A DNA stretch of 64,000 bases from Octopus vulgaris. Lineage: Eukaryota. Location of the stretch: NCBI GenBank assembly GCA_951406725.2, contig OX597824.1, forward strand, positions 70,494,001 to 70,558,000, given 5' to 3'. Below, one piece after another: positions 26,063 to 37,514 of this stretch; within the stretch, counting starts at the first letter, position 1, and each line of letters starts with the position of its first letter. The translations under genes and the position numbers were made by a program. A model generated the notes under the pieces. It did not search any database and was not told the origin of the DNA. It was given only the letters and a program-made list of their open reading frames with translations.

Positions 26063-26309
26063 AAACTTTCACACACATTCATACTCAGACAATTATATAT
26101 AATTGAAGGAAACACATGTTTATCGTATTATATTAAATCTATGTCTCAGCTGGCATTAACAACTCAGCAGGTTCAAATGTTTTCATAAATTATGCAAATT
26201 TTCATAATTGAATATGTATTATTTCTTTTATTTATGCTAATATGCAAATATGATACATTCACACCTGTATTACTTGAGTTTTATGGAGGTGATGCCATTT
26301 TTGTTATTA

Positions 26310-27010
26310 TCCACTGAACCGTGAATGGAACATGGTGGGTTTAAGGAATGTGTGCTACTAACCACTGAACTGTAAAGAGACAGGTTTGAATTTAGGGATC
26401 AGTATCTAGTCACCAATGAACTGTGAAGGAGAAGTGTTATTTTTAGGTACAGGTACCTTTAAAACTACTGAACTGTAATGGGACAGTGTTGGGTTCCTGG
26501 ATCAGTACCCTACTAACCAAATGTTGGATGTAGGGATCAATACTTTATTAACCACTAAACTGTGAAAGGACAGTGTTAGATTAAGGGGACTGACAGACAC
26601 TTTATGAACCACTGAACTGTGAAGGAAAGGTGATGGATTCAGGGACTGGTACCCCACTAACCACTGACCTGTGAACAGGAAGTGTTAAGTTTAGGGATCA
26701 GTAGCCTACTAAGCACTGAACTATTTTGAATTCAGGAATCAGTACTTCATAAGAACAGAACTGTTTTGAATTCAGGAATTAGTACTTCATAAGAACTAAA
26801 CTGTGAAGGAGAAATGTTAGATTTAGGGAGTGGTACCTTAAAAACTACTGAACGGTAATGGGTTTAGGGATCAGTACCCTACTAACCACTGAACTATGAA
26901 GGGAGGTGCTGGGTTTAGAGATCAATACCCTACTAACCACTAAACTGTGATGGGAGAGTGTTGGGTTTAGGGATCAACATCCTACTAACCACTGAACTGT
27001 GGAAGGGAGA
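26310..27010. repeat. degenerate minisatellite, ~52-bp unit, about 14-15 copies
   Basis: Consensus AACCACTGAACTGTGAAGGAGAAGTGTTGGGTTTAGGGATCAGTACCCTACT; ACCACTGAAC-like anchor recurs about every 52 bp, with some shorter units. Confidence 0.9.
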
Positions 27011-28100
27011 GCTTTGAAACTGAGCAATGACAGATGCCAAGGACATATAAAAGCAAGAGTATGTTGGCTGAGAGAGCGAGATATGATGATAGCCGGAAAG
27101 GGAGGGTGAATATATATTGAGTGGAATTGTGCAGAAGTATTCTATCAATCCCTTTTGACAAACTGTTGAGTTATGACAATTTAAACACATCAACAAGTGA
27201 TGTGGGGGGATAAACACAAATACAAAGACAAACACACACACACACACACACACATGCACACACACACACACACACACATATATTCTTTTATTCTTTTACT
27301 TCAGTCTCAGTCCATACTGGAGCACTGCCTTGAAAGGTGTTTTTTTGGTTGAACAAATCAACCCCAGAGCTTATGTTTTAGACCTAGTATTTATTCAATC
27401 AGTCTCTTTTGCTGAATCACTAAGTTACAGGGATGTAAACCCACTAACACCAGTTAAGTAGTGATGGGGGTGACAAACACAGACATAAACACACATCATA
27501 CACACACAAACACACATATGTGTGTGGGTGTGTATGTGTATATATGGTGGTGGTGATGATGAGAATGATGACTGCACAACCACTGAATAACTGGTTAAAA
27601 AAAACATAAGCAAACAAACAACAGAATCCTTGACCAGAATTGGATATTTATTGTATCAAATAATTTATAAATAATTGATAAACAAATGAGAAAAATTTTT
27701 AACAGGAAAAGAAAAAGCAAAATGGAACACAGTCGTGTTTAAAAGGATACAAGTTTAGCACCTTTTTCAGTACAATGTTTTTTAATTTGCTTTGATTAAT
27801 TTTGAAAATAATCGAAATTTTGGAGGAATTAAAGCTGTCATGATCCTTGTATAAATAACATAGAGCAAATGCCTTCTACTATAACTTCTGGCTGACCAAC
27901 TACTTGTGAGTGAAATCTGATGAATGGAAACTGTACAGAAGCCTGTGATATATATGTATGTATGTATGTATGTATATGTGTGTCTGTGTGTACGTACATG
28001 TATACATACATACATATATATATACATACATGTTTGTGTGTGTATGTATATATATGTATACATATATATATATATATACACACGTATATATGTGAGTGTC

Positions 28101-28139
<39 letters not shown>

Positions 28140-29302
28140 TTATGTGGATATATATGAATCTATGCATGTGTGGCTGCATGCATATATTTGTATTCACAAG
28201 GTTTCACTTTGACATCACTTTTGCATGATATTGTTTGTGCCTCCCTGAACCAATACGTTCAACAGCAGTTTGGCTTGCAAGAACATGGAATAATGTACGA
28301 TACTTTATTTAAAAACAAGAAATGCTTTGACACCGGGAAGAGCATCCAACTGCTGAATACTACCTCAAGAACCTCTGTTCTAACCCATGTCAGCATGGAA
28401 AAAACTGATGTAAAAACAATGATGAAGGTAGTGATGATGCCGGAAAGAACATGGCAATAGGTCTTTAGGAAGGTTTTGCTTTAAATATAAACATTTTAAA
28501 ATAGCATGGTTTTGTTTCATAGATCTAGAGGTGATTTCAGCTGAGTCAAAATCAAAACAGTTAAAAGTAAAGCTATTTTTATATCCCACGTTCTGAAATG
28601 TTCTAAAGAACCAAGAGCCATGTTCTCCTTATTTTTCATGTGGGTACTCTTAACTTAGGTTGTTGTTAACCATTATGCTTAAGTCTTTGATATCATTTAT
28701 CACCATTAGAAGTTCTCCTGAGAGAAGGGGATATGACAGTTTTAAATGTCTTTTTTTTTCCCTTAGTGAATGAACTCAAATTTTTATTTGCTTCACAAAA
28801 TATTATTTTTTCCCCACTTTTTAAAGCACAACACAGATCAAATTGGAAAAGTTTTTTAAGTTACCAATTCCATTGATAACTTAAAGCTTAGACTCATCTG
28901 TAAGGTTAGATTGCTTCATCTGATTGATGACATCTGTGATGTCAATTACATCAATAATGAAGAGAAGTGATTTGAAAGTTGTTATTGCTGTTGATTGCTG
29001 ATAGCATTAATTTAGCTGATTGATTTTTTTGTGTGTTAACTCTTTTAATTTTCCTAATGAGAGTTTTTCTCTCTCTTGGGAACCTGTATCTATTTTTGTT
29101 CATGAGTCATGATGGTATCTAGTCCAAGCATATGTTATTAACTGTATCTTCAAAAAGCTGCAAAGATGCCTTAGAAGTAAGAGGAAACGAATATGCAAGA
29201 CTTGTTGACAAGCAAATAGGCCATATATAATTTCACTCCGGTTTGCTTTTAGCAGATCCATGTTGTCAAATAAGTATGTTGGAATGAGTGTGTTTAGTTT
29301 AA

Positions 29303-29505
29303 CCCTTTCGATACCAACCTGCCTGAGACTACCACTAGTTCTTTCTGCTCTAAAGCGATCTAAATTGAAATCATCCATCAAAATTTTATGTGAATTTGTT
29401 CCAACAACCAGCTTAACAATGACAAAATTATTTTCCTAAAATCTCCACCATTTTAAGAATTAAATGAAACAAAGCATATTTCAACAGAAATATGATGGTA
29501 AAAGG
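29303..29505. mobile_element. piggyBac-derived MITE
   Basis: TTAA|CCCTTTCGATACCAA start and CAGAAATATGATGGTAAAAGG end match the ends of the piggyBac at 52518-53568. Confidence 0.7.
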
Positions 29506-29649
29506 ACAAGCCAGCATGCTGTAGGATCATTACCACAACAAGCAAAATGTTTAGTGGCATTTTGTTAATTTTCATGTTCTGAGTTCAAATTCTGCCAGGG
29601 TCAACTTTGCCTTCCATCCTTTCAAAGTCAATAAAATAAATACCTGTTA

Positions 29650-29987
29650 AGACCTGATATAATGATCTGGGATAAGAAGAGAAATTGTGCACAGTTGTGG
29701 AAATTAGCTGGCCAGCATGTGTTAACATAAAGCTGAAGATCAGTGAAAAAGAGAACACCTATGCTCAACTATTGAGAAATCTGCAGTTACTCTATCCAGA
29801 TTACAAGTTTAAGTTTATACCTGTAATCATTGCAGCCCTGGGATCTGTAACACACTGCCTAAATACCAATCTTGAGAAATTAGACTTCTCAAAACCAGAA
29901 AGAAGAAAGCTAATTCGAAGACTACAGATCCAATCGATCACTGGAACAATAAAAATCTGTAAACCTTTCCAGAAATTTATCATTTAA
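29650..29987 (+). mobile_element. 3' fragment of an RLE-type non-LTR retrotransposon (restriction-like endonuclease)
   Basis: RPDIMIWDK...VVEIS.P..VNI..K..EK...Y..L....FIPVIIAALGSV, typical of R2/R4/NeSL-class C-termini. Confidence 0.85.
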
Positions 29988-30191
29988 ATATATATGTGCA
30001 TGTCTGGATATGCAACTATATGCACAAAAATACATATATAAAACATACAAATCTGCACATACATACATACATACATACAAATAAAAATACCCTGTTGTTG
30101 ATATTGAAATTCCAATGAAGGTGCCTTGGATCTAGGTTAAAAACCAGTTCTTTCTCTGTTGGCAAGGAATCCTGAAATAAACTGAATAATG

Positions 30192-30271
<80 letters not shown>

Positions 30272-30646
30272 TAAAGGACAAGCTTATCAGTTCATTTAAA
30301 TTAGTTTAATGAAGTGAAATAAGCAAGAACGAAATAAAAATAATAGTATCTTACAGCTGTTTCTGGGATATCCAGATAATGGATCAATGTGTTTGTTATA
30401 ATCCTTAAAATGCTGGATTGGTATAACGCCCACTTCAGTAAACAGTATACTTAGTAAAACCAGTAAAGACACGACTATCTCTGACCGCTGCTACATACTC
30501 TCTTTACTTATAGAGACTATATTATTCCATTCATCACGTGGAAGGGGTGTACCATTATTACTAATTCCCTACATCTTTTTTAAGTGGTTCTTAGAAAGTG
30601 TCATTTTATTTAGCAATAAATTTTCTTTTCACCCTATGCCCATAAA

Positions 30647-30733
30647 CATATGGCGTAGTGGTTAAGAGCACGGGCTACTAACTCCAAGATTCCGAGTTCG
30701 ATTCCAAGCAGTGACCTGAGCAATAACAATAAC

Positions 30734-30774
<41 letters not shown>

Positions 30775-30916
30775 CAACAACAACATCGAAAATTACCTTA
30801 GGAATGAGAACCCAGGTTTGAAATTTCCCCAAGACACCTGAAGAAGGCTGGAGGGTACATCAGCCAAACTGTTGTGTTAACAACAAAAAAGATGAGGACA
30901 AATATCCGTCGAATGT
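30647..30916 (+). mobile_element. tRNA-headed short element with (AAT)n linker and hammerhead-like motif, copy A
   Basis: A box TGGCGTAGTGG, B box GAGTTCGATTC; GACAC-CTGAAGA-AGGCTG..CAGCC-aaactGTT-GTGTT at 30833-30878. Confidence 0.8.
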
Positions 30917-30943
30917 TTCTTTGAGTTTTTTTGTTCATACAGT

Positions 30944-31279
30944 TTAATATTTTTTGTGCTTAGCATCAATCTTCAGGAACTCTGTATGTTTTCTTTTCCT
31001 CTGACTTGTATGCCTGGGTTCAATTACCAGCAGTGGCATTGGTACTTGTAACGTAACATGCAACCATTCCATCAGTTCCTCCAACTTCTTGGGTTTGCTT
31101 TCCATGAATTTCTTTTTCAGTTGGTTCCTGAGTCCCTTTTGTATGCCTATTTTGCTTTTTACACAATACATAATTTTGCCTATACATTTGGTAATTACAC
31201 CATCTTTCCAACTCTGCTTTCCATTCTTGTATGCCCTCATATACACCTTTTCACCAGGACTGTAATAGCCCGAAAGCAC
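30944..31279 (-). mobile_element. Gypsy-type LTR retrotransposon integrase C-terminal fragment
   Basis: GEKVYMRAYKNGKQSWKDGVITKCIGKIMYCVK....RNQLKK resembles the GPY/F-region SH3-like tail of Gypsy integrases. Confidence 0.75.
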
Positions 31280-31291
31280 GGGTCAAGAATT

Positions 31292-31342
31292 CCCTATACT
31301 GACTGGTCAGTTTCGGCTAATTCCATAGCTTCATCAGCAGGA
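31292..31342 (-). ncRNA. type-I hammerhead ribozyme motif, nearly intact
   Basis: TCCTG-CTGATGA-AGCTA TGGAAT TAGCC-GAAACTGA CCAG TCAGTA-TAGGG: intact CUGAUGA and GAAA, stem III ACTGA/TCAGT, GUA site; A-C mismatch at the base of stem II. Confidence 0.75.
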
Positions 31343-31657
31343 CCACTCAGCTAGACTGATTGCAGACTTAATTCTCTGTCAGTACATATTTTTTCATCAT
31401 AAATATCTATAAATGATTTTGCAAATTGCTAATGAGTATACAAAAAATTGATATAGACAGTCAAGTGCTACAGAATTAGCGAAAACTGGCTGATCAGTGT
31501 AAAGAATTCTCTACGGGTGTTTTCACTTGGTTACAGTACCTGTCAGTACATATGTATACAATTACATGCTTTAACTATAGCATTACAGCATTTTAACTCT
31601 TATTTCTAGCAATATAAGTGTTCTATCACCCTAGTGATATTTGGTGACAATTATTTA

Positions 31658-31890
31658 CAGAGTTCGTCAAAAGTCATCCGACAGTAAACCAAAATTCCAT
31701 AAATACTTGATATTCAAATTTATTTATTCATTCAAATTATGAATGTTTACAAAAAGGGCTTCAGTTTGTACAATTTTCATAATGTTTCATATGTAAATGC
31801 TTTTATTGAATTCATTCAGTTGTTAAACATAAATAAATCTTGGAATTAAATGGTTTTGAATTACCATCAGGTGACTTTTGGCCAACCCTG
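31658..31890. mobile_element. Tc1/mariner MITE
   Basis: TA|CAGAGTTCGTCAAAAGTCATC ... GGTGACTTTTGGCCAACCCTG|TA. Confidence 0.8.
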
Positions 31891-31994
31891 TATATATTGT
31901 GTGTGTGAGTGTGTGTGTGTATTTATATATATATATATATTTATATAGACAGATAGATAAGTAGGTAGATAGATAGATAGATAGATAGATAGCA

Positions 31995-32143
31995 GTTGGG
32001 TGGTAAGTAGCTTGCTTACCAACCACATGGTTCCTGGTTCAGTTCCAATGAGTGACACCTTGGGCAAGTATCTTCTTCTATAGCCTCGGGTCAACCAAAG
32101 CCTTGTGAGTGGATCTGGTTAGCCAAAACTGAAAGAAGCCTGT

Positions 32144-32174
<31 letters not shown>

Positions 32175-32388
32175 GTTCTTGTGTGTGTGTGTTTGTTCCC
32201 CCACCATCACTTGACAACCGATGTTGGTGTGTTTACATCCCCATAACTTAGCAGTTCTGCAAAAGTGACCAATGAGATAAGTACTAGGCTTACAAAGAAT
32301 ACGTCTTGGGGGTCCATTTGTTTGATTAAAGGCAGTGCTCCAACAAGACTGCAGTCAAGTGACTGAAACAAGTAAAAGAATAAAAGAA
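31995..32388 (+). mobile_element. SINE family A (CpG-decayed)
   Basis: Homology to the copy at 24403. Confidence 0.85.
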
Positions 32389-32636
32389 TATATATACATA
32401 CACACAAGTAAACACATAAATGCAGAACAGAGTGGAAAAAAATAGTACTCAGGCACGCAAGGTAGAGCAATATGCTTTTATTAAAGCTGCAAGTTCTTCA
32501 CAATAAGCACCAATTGAACACTGAGGTTTATGTAATCAACACATTCCCTCACACAAACTTGCTGGTCTTGTGTCAAAATTTGATACCATATTTTTTCTAT
32601 TCTCCACCTTTGCATGGCATCAACTTTAACATTATT

Positions 32637-32890
32637 TACATTATTTACATTCGATGGATATTTGTCCTCATCTTGTTTGTTGTTAACACAACTTTTCAGC
32701 TGATATACCCTCTAGCCTTCTTCAGGTGTCTTGGGGGAAATTTCGAACCTGAGTTCTCACTCCTAAGGTATTTTTCGATGTTATTATTATTATTATTACT
32801 GTTATTGTTATTGTTCAGGTCACTGCTTGGAATTGAACTCAGAATCTTGGGGTTAGTAGCCCGCGCTCTTAACCACTACGCCATATGCCC
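32637..32890 (-). mobile_element. tRNA-headed hammerhead element, copy B
   Basis: Minus strand: GGGCATATGGCGTAGTGG...GAGTTCAATTCC, (AAT)n, then GACAC-CTGAAGA-AGGCTA..CAGCT-GAAAAGTT-GTGTT (32685-32730). Confidence 0.8.
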
Positions 32891-32895
32891 ATAAA

Positions 32896-33145
32896 CATAT
32901 GGCGTAGTGGTTAAGAGCACGGGTTACTAACTCCAAGATTCCGAGTTCGATTCCAAGCAGTAACCTGAACAATAACAATAATAATAATAATAACAACAAC
33001 AACATCAAAGAATGCCTGAGGAATGAGAAACCAGGTTTGAAATTTCCCCAAGACACCTGAAGAAGGCTGGAGGGTACATCAGCCAAACTGTTGTGTTAAC
33101 AACAAAAAAGATGAGGACAAATATCCGTCGAATGTAAATAATGTA
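32896..33145 (+). mobile_element. tRNA-headed hammerhead element, copy C, head-to-head with copy B
   Basis: Inverted partner of copy B across an 8-nt spacer; hammerhead-like motif at 33052-33097. Confidence 0.8.
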
Positions 33146-33184
33146 CATAATTCCTCATCTCTTAAATATAGAAATGTATCATCT

Positions 33185-33732
33185 TTAACGTTTTTGTAAC
33201 CATATTTCTGTTGAAATATACTGCTTTCGCTTCAATTAATTTAGAAAATAATGAAGAAGTTAGTAAAATAACTTTGAAATTATTAATAATTTGGCATTCA
33301 GATTATTCTCTCAAATATATTTTATTTATTCACATTGCTTTCACTTAATCATGTATTATTTCATGACTTTGGGATTTCTATGATATGAATGTATATTTTT
33401 AGAATAATTTTTTGGGTAGGTGTGAGAAGCCAGACCTGTTCAGTTTGAACATAAGACAGGTAGACTATTTTGGGTGGATATGGTCAGTTTAAATGCTAAA
33501 AGGTTAAGCTGATGTTTGAAGCATAATTCTGTCAAATATAATGATTATGTATTTGCATGTTTTTTCAATTAATCTTGCATTATCTTGTAGCTTTGATATT
33601 TTGATGAGGTAACTGTTAATTTTTAGAAGGATATTGTACGGATGGTGTGAGAGGCCCGATCTGGCCAGTTTGAATATAGCACAGGTAGAATGTTTGGGCT
33701 GGATATGGCCTGTTTGAATATTAAAAGGTTAA
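33185..33732. mobile_element. nested TTAA-bounded piggyBac-type MITE fragments
   Basis: Two similar halves ending ...ATATGG.C.GTTT.AAT..TAAAAGGTTAA at about 33508 and 33732, inside a TTAAC..TTTTGTAACCATATTTCTG-type MITE. Confidence 0.6.
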
Positions 33733-33736
33733 CATG

Positions 33737-33885
33737 CGTGGTAAGTAGCTTGCTTACCAACCAGATGGTTCCTGGTTCATTCCCACTGTGTGGCACCTTG
33801 GGCAAGTGTCTTCTACTATAGCCTCGGGCCAACCAAAGCCTTGTGAGTGGATTTGGTAAACAGAAACTGAAAGAAGCCCATCGTA

Positions 33886-33940
<55 letters not shown>

Positions 33941-34160
33941 ATATGTTTGTGTGTCTGTGTTTGTCTCCCCAGCATTGCTTGACAACCAATGATGGCGTGT
34001 TTACAGCCCCGTAACTTAGCGGTTCGGCAAAAGCGACTGATAGAATAAGTACTAGGCTTCCAAAGAATAAGTCCTGGGTCGATTTGCTCGAATAAAGGCG
34101 ATACCCCAGCATGGCCACAGTCAAATGACTGAAACAAGTAAAAGAGATAAAAGAGAAATA
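33737..34160 (+). mobile_element. SINE family A
   Basis: Homology to other copies; tail AAGTAAAAGAGATAAAAGAG. Confidence 0.85.
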
Positions 34161-34262
34161 AAATGCTGATGGAAAATTTTGAATTAGATCGCCTTAACTC
34201 ATTTGTTACCATATTTCTGTTGAAATACGCTGCCTTTATTTTAATTAATTTTCAAAATTTAT

Positions 34263-34642
34263 AGGCGTAGGAGTGGCTGTGTGGTAAGTAGCTTGCTTAC
34301 GAACCACATGGTTCTGGGTTCAGTCCCACTGTGTGGCACCTTGGGCAAGTGTCTTCTACTATAGCTTTGGGCTGACCTAGGCTTGTGAGTGGATTTGGTA
34401 GTTGGAAACTGAAAGAAGCCCATCGTATATATATATATATGTGTGTGTGTGTGAGTATATGTTTGTGTATCTGTCCCGCCCATCATCGCTTGCCAACTTA
34501 GCGGTTCGGCAAAAGAGACCGATAGAATAAGTACTAGGCTTACAAAGAATAAGTCCTGGGGTTGATTTGCTCGACTAAAGGCGGTGCTCCAGCATGGCCA
34601 CAGTCAAATGACTGAAACAAGCAAAAGAGTAAAAGAGTAAAA
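34263..34642 (+). mobile_element. SINE family A inserted in a piggyBac-derived MITE (about 34193-34770)
   Basis: Full head and tail; flanks continue the MITE, which ends GGTATCAAAAGGG|TTAA. Confidence 0.85.
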
Positions 34643-34859
34643 TATCATTAATCTAGTGTTTCAAACATAAATTTGCATAAAAATTTGATGGAAAGTCTAT
34701 CACCTTAAAACAGGATGTTTGCACCGTACAACCAGGGATTGTCTCAGGCAAGTTGGTATCAAAAGGGTTAATATTGTGGCTTTTTGCCATCTCCTCATAC
34801 CAAACAAAATTTTATATGAAATGAAGAACCCTGGTGGTCCATTACAAAATAGATTAATA

Positions 34860-35779
34860 TTAGGTTGAGGAAAAAGTTTGTGTGCTGTGCTAAAATAATG
34901 CTTTTTTATATATTTTTGTGGTGTGTGTGTGTGTTCATTCAGTTCATGTCATGTTTGATGGTGACTCACTGTTGAAAAGTACCCAAGACTTGTTTGTCGA
35001 AAACATGCTGTTTCAACAAGACAATGCAAAGCCGCATACCATCAGAAAGACCAGCAACACGATTGAAGAACTGGACAGTGTGGAAGTTCTACCACATCCA
35101 GCCTTATAGTCCAGACATTGCTTCATCAGACTACGGTCTCTTCAGATCAATGCAGCACTTTTACGAAAGGTTTCTGATTTGAGTCATTCAATGAAATTAG
35201 AGAAGCCTGTTAAGAATTCTTCAAATCAGAGCTGAAGGATTGGTGCTTTGACCAAATCCGAAAGCTTAAAGATAGTTGGTAGAAGGTTGTAGAAAGTGAT
35301 TACTCTTTTGCTGGAGCACCGCCTTTAGTCGAGCAAATCGACCCCGGGACTTATTCTTTGTAAGCCCAGTACTTATTCTATCGGTCTCTTTGGCCGAACC
35401 GCTAAGTGACGGGGACATAAACACACCAGCACCGGTTGTCAAGCAATGCTACGGGGACAAACACAGACACACAAACATATACACACACACTTATATATAT
35501 ATATACATATATACGACAGGCTTCTTTCAGTTTCCGTCTACTAAATCCACTCACAAGGCATTGGTTGGCCCGAGGCTATAGTAGAAGACACTTGCCCAAG
35601 GTGCCACACAGTGGGACCGAACCCGGAACCATGTGGTTGGTTAGCAAGCTACTTACCACACAGCCACTCCTGCGCCTATGTACTTTATTTTGAAGAATAG
35701 TTGCCGTTGTTTTTGAATAAATTCTTGCATTAAAAAATCATTATTTTAACATGGCACACAAATTTTTAACTCAACCGAG
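34860..35779 (+). mobile_element. internally deleted mariner with a nested SINE A (35303-35678, minus)
   Basis: TIR TTAGGTTGAGGAAAAAGTTTGTGTGC and GCACACAAATTTTTAACTCAACC; FQQDNAKPH and PYSPDIASSDYGLFRSMQH motifs. Confidence 0.88.
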
Positions 35780-36774
35780 TAAATAAACGAAATGACATAA
35801 GCCTTCATTACTGTGATTACTTCAAAAAAACTCTTCAATTTCATTGTGAATTTTACATCACTTGTACAATTTGAAAAATATTACGGCAGCATAGCCTGGG
35901 CAAGTGTGATTGTTATAGCCTCAGGCCAATTGATACTTTGTGAGAGAAAGTGGGTTAACTGAAAATGTATGGAAGCCCATGAGAACTGTGACTGCAATTT
36001 TATAGCCCAGTTTTTTCTTACACTGTGTCACAGTGATTCAGCCTGAGTATTGGATTAAGAGTGTACGATGTGTCTTGGGAATACTCAGTCACTTAAATGC
36101 TAGAGAAACGGAAAGAAGCCTGTCGTATATGTGTGTGTGTGTGTATACAAAATATGGGGAGTTTAGTTCACAGGTGATCTATACTATTAGGTACACTATG
36201 TAAGTGCTGTAATCGATTACTAGGGCAGGATTGCACCTAAGGACTTATGGACTTATTTCTACAAGATCAGAAAGGTGAACTGTGAACTTTCATGCTTCTT
36301 TTTTCTTCTCTTTCTTCATCTCCTTATTCCTTTACTCCTGTCCTCTATGTCATCATCTCATTAATCTATACCCTTCTCATTTTCCATATTTGTCTCCAAT
36401 GACAGAATATCCCATACTCTGGGATATCCCAGAAACAGCTGTAAGACTTTGAATTTTTTCCAATAATAATAATGAGACATTTGCCTTGCCTTAACATTTG
36501 TTGTGCTCTTTAACAATTATGCATATGTGTGTGTGTGTGTGGTGTGTATGTATGTATGTATGTATATGTGTGTGTGTGTGTCTTTGTGTCTGTGTTTGTC
36601 CCCCCTCCCAAGTGTTGGTGTATTTATGTCTCTGTAACTTAGCGGTTCAGCAAAATAGACCAATAGAATAAGTACAAAGCTTAAAAAATAAGTCCTGGGG
36701 TTGATTTCTTCAACTAAAAGGTTGTGCTCCAGTATGGCCACAGTCACATGACTGAAACAAGTAAAAGAATAAAA

Positions 36775-36837
<63 letters not shown>

Positions 36838-37199
36838 CATACATATAAGGAGATGTTGAAAGTTCCTGGCTTTAAAGGTATTGTGAAAGACCTGGTTAGA
36901 GACCCAACCTTCTGAGTTTTTTATAGAGCTTAGAAAACCTGAAGGACAGCTGTAATAAATGCATGAATCCGAGAATAAAATCATAATTAACTGATCCACC
37001 TGTATTTTCTCTTACCCAAAGTCAAGAAACTTTTTAGCACCCCCAGCTGTTTCGCAGCCTTCTTCATGTAATATAATTTTAGTGTGGAAGAATTTATGCT
37101 TAGACATTTGCATTAATATGCATTATACAATACAATGGTAGGTGTAACTATGATGTTCTGATGATTCGATGAGTTAGCTTTCTTTGGTTTGTGAATAAA

Positions 37200-37514
37200 C
37201 AGGGCCGTCGTTAAATGCCTGGAAACCCAGTCACAAGAGGCCTCCACATTTGAAGGGGCCCCCATGTTAAGATCAAAGTACATAGATGAGTCATCTATTT
37301 AATTTGGTTAAGATGTTGAACAAGAATTAAATTATGTGAACTGAAAATTTTGAGAAATAAAATGGTAATACAGTGCACCTGCAAAAGTTCTTATAAAAAT
37401 ATGTCAAACTGCTGGTCTCCCATGGGTTGTGCACTTGCTGGTAAGGCGACTTTCTGCTCAGACTTGTACTCCAGAGGGGCACCTTTTAGGTGCACCCATG
37501 GTCATCCGTGCCTG
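37200..37514. mobile_element. possible decayed hAT-type MITE
   Basis: CAGGGCCGTCG start, GGGGCCCCC subterminal motif, CCGTGCCTG end. Confidence 0.4.

Noticed and set aside
30647-30718. Possible genuine tRNA gene with ACT anticodon
   Set aside because: Acceptor and T stems pair poorly, there is no long variable arm expected for Ser, no oligo-T terminator follows, and it is always fused to the same repeat body; treated as a SINE-type head.
32472-32894. 140-aa hydrophobic ORF with poly-Leu resembling a membrane protein
   Set aside because: Antisense read-through of the (AAT)n linker of the tRNA-hammerhead element.
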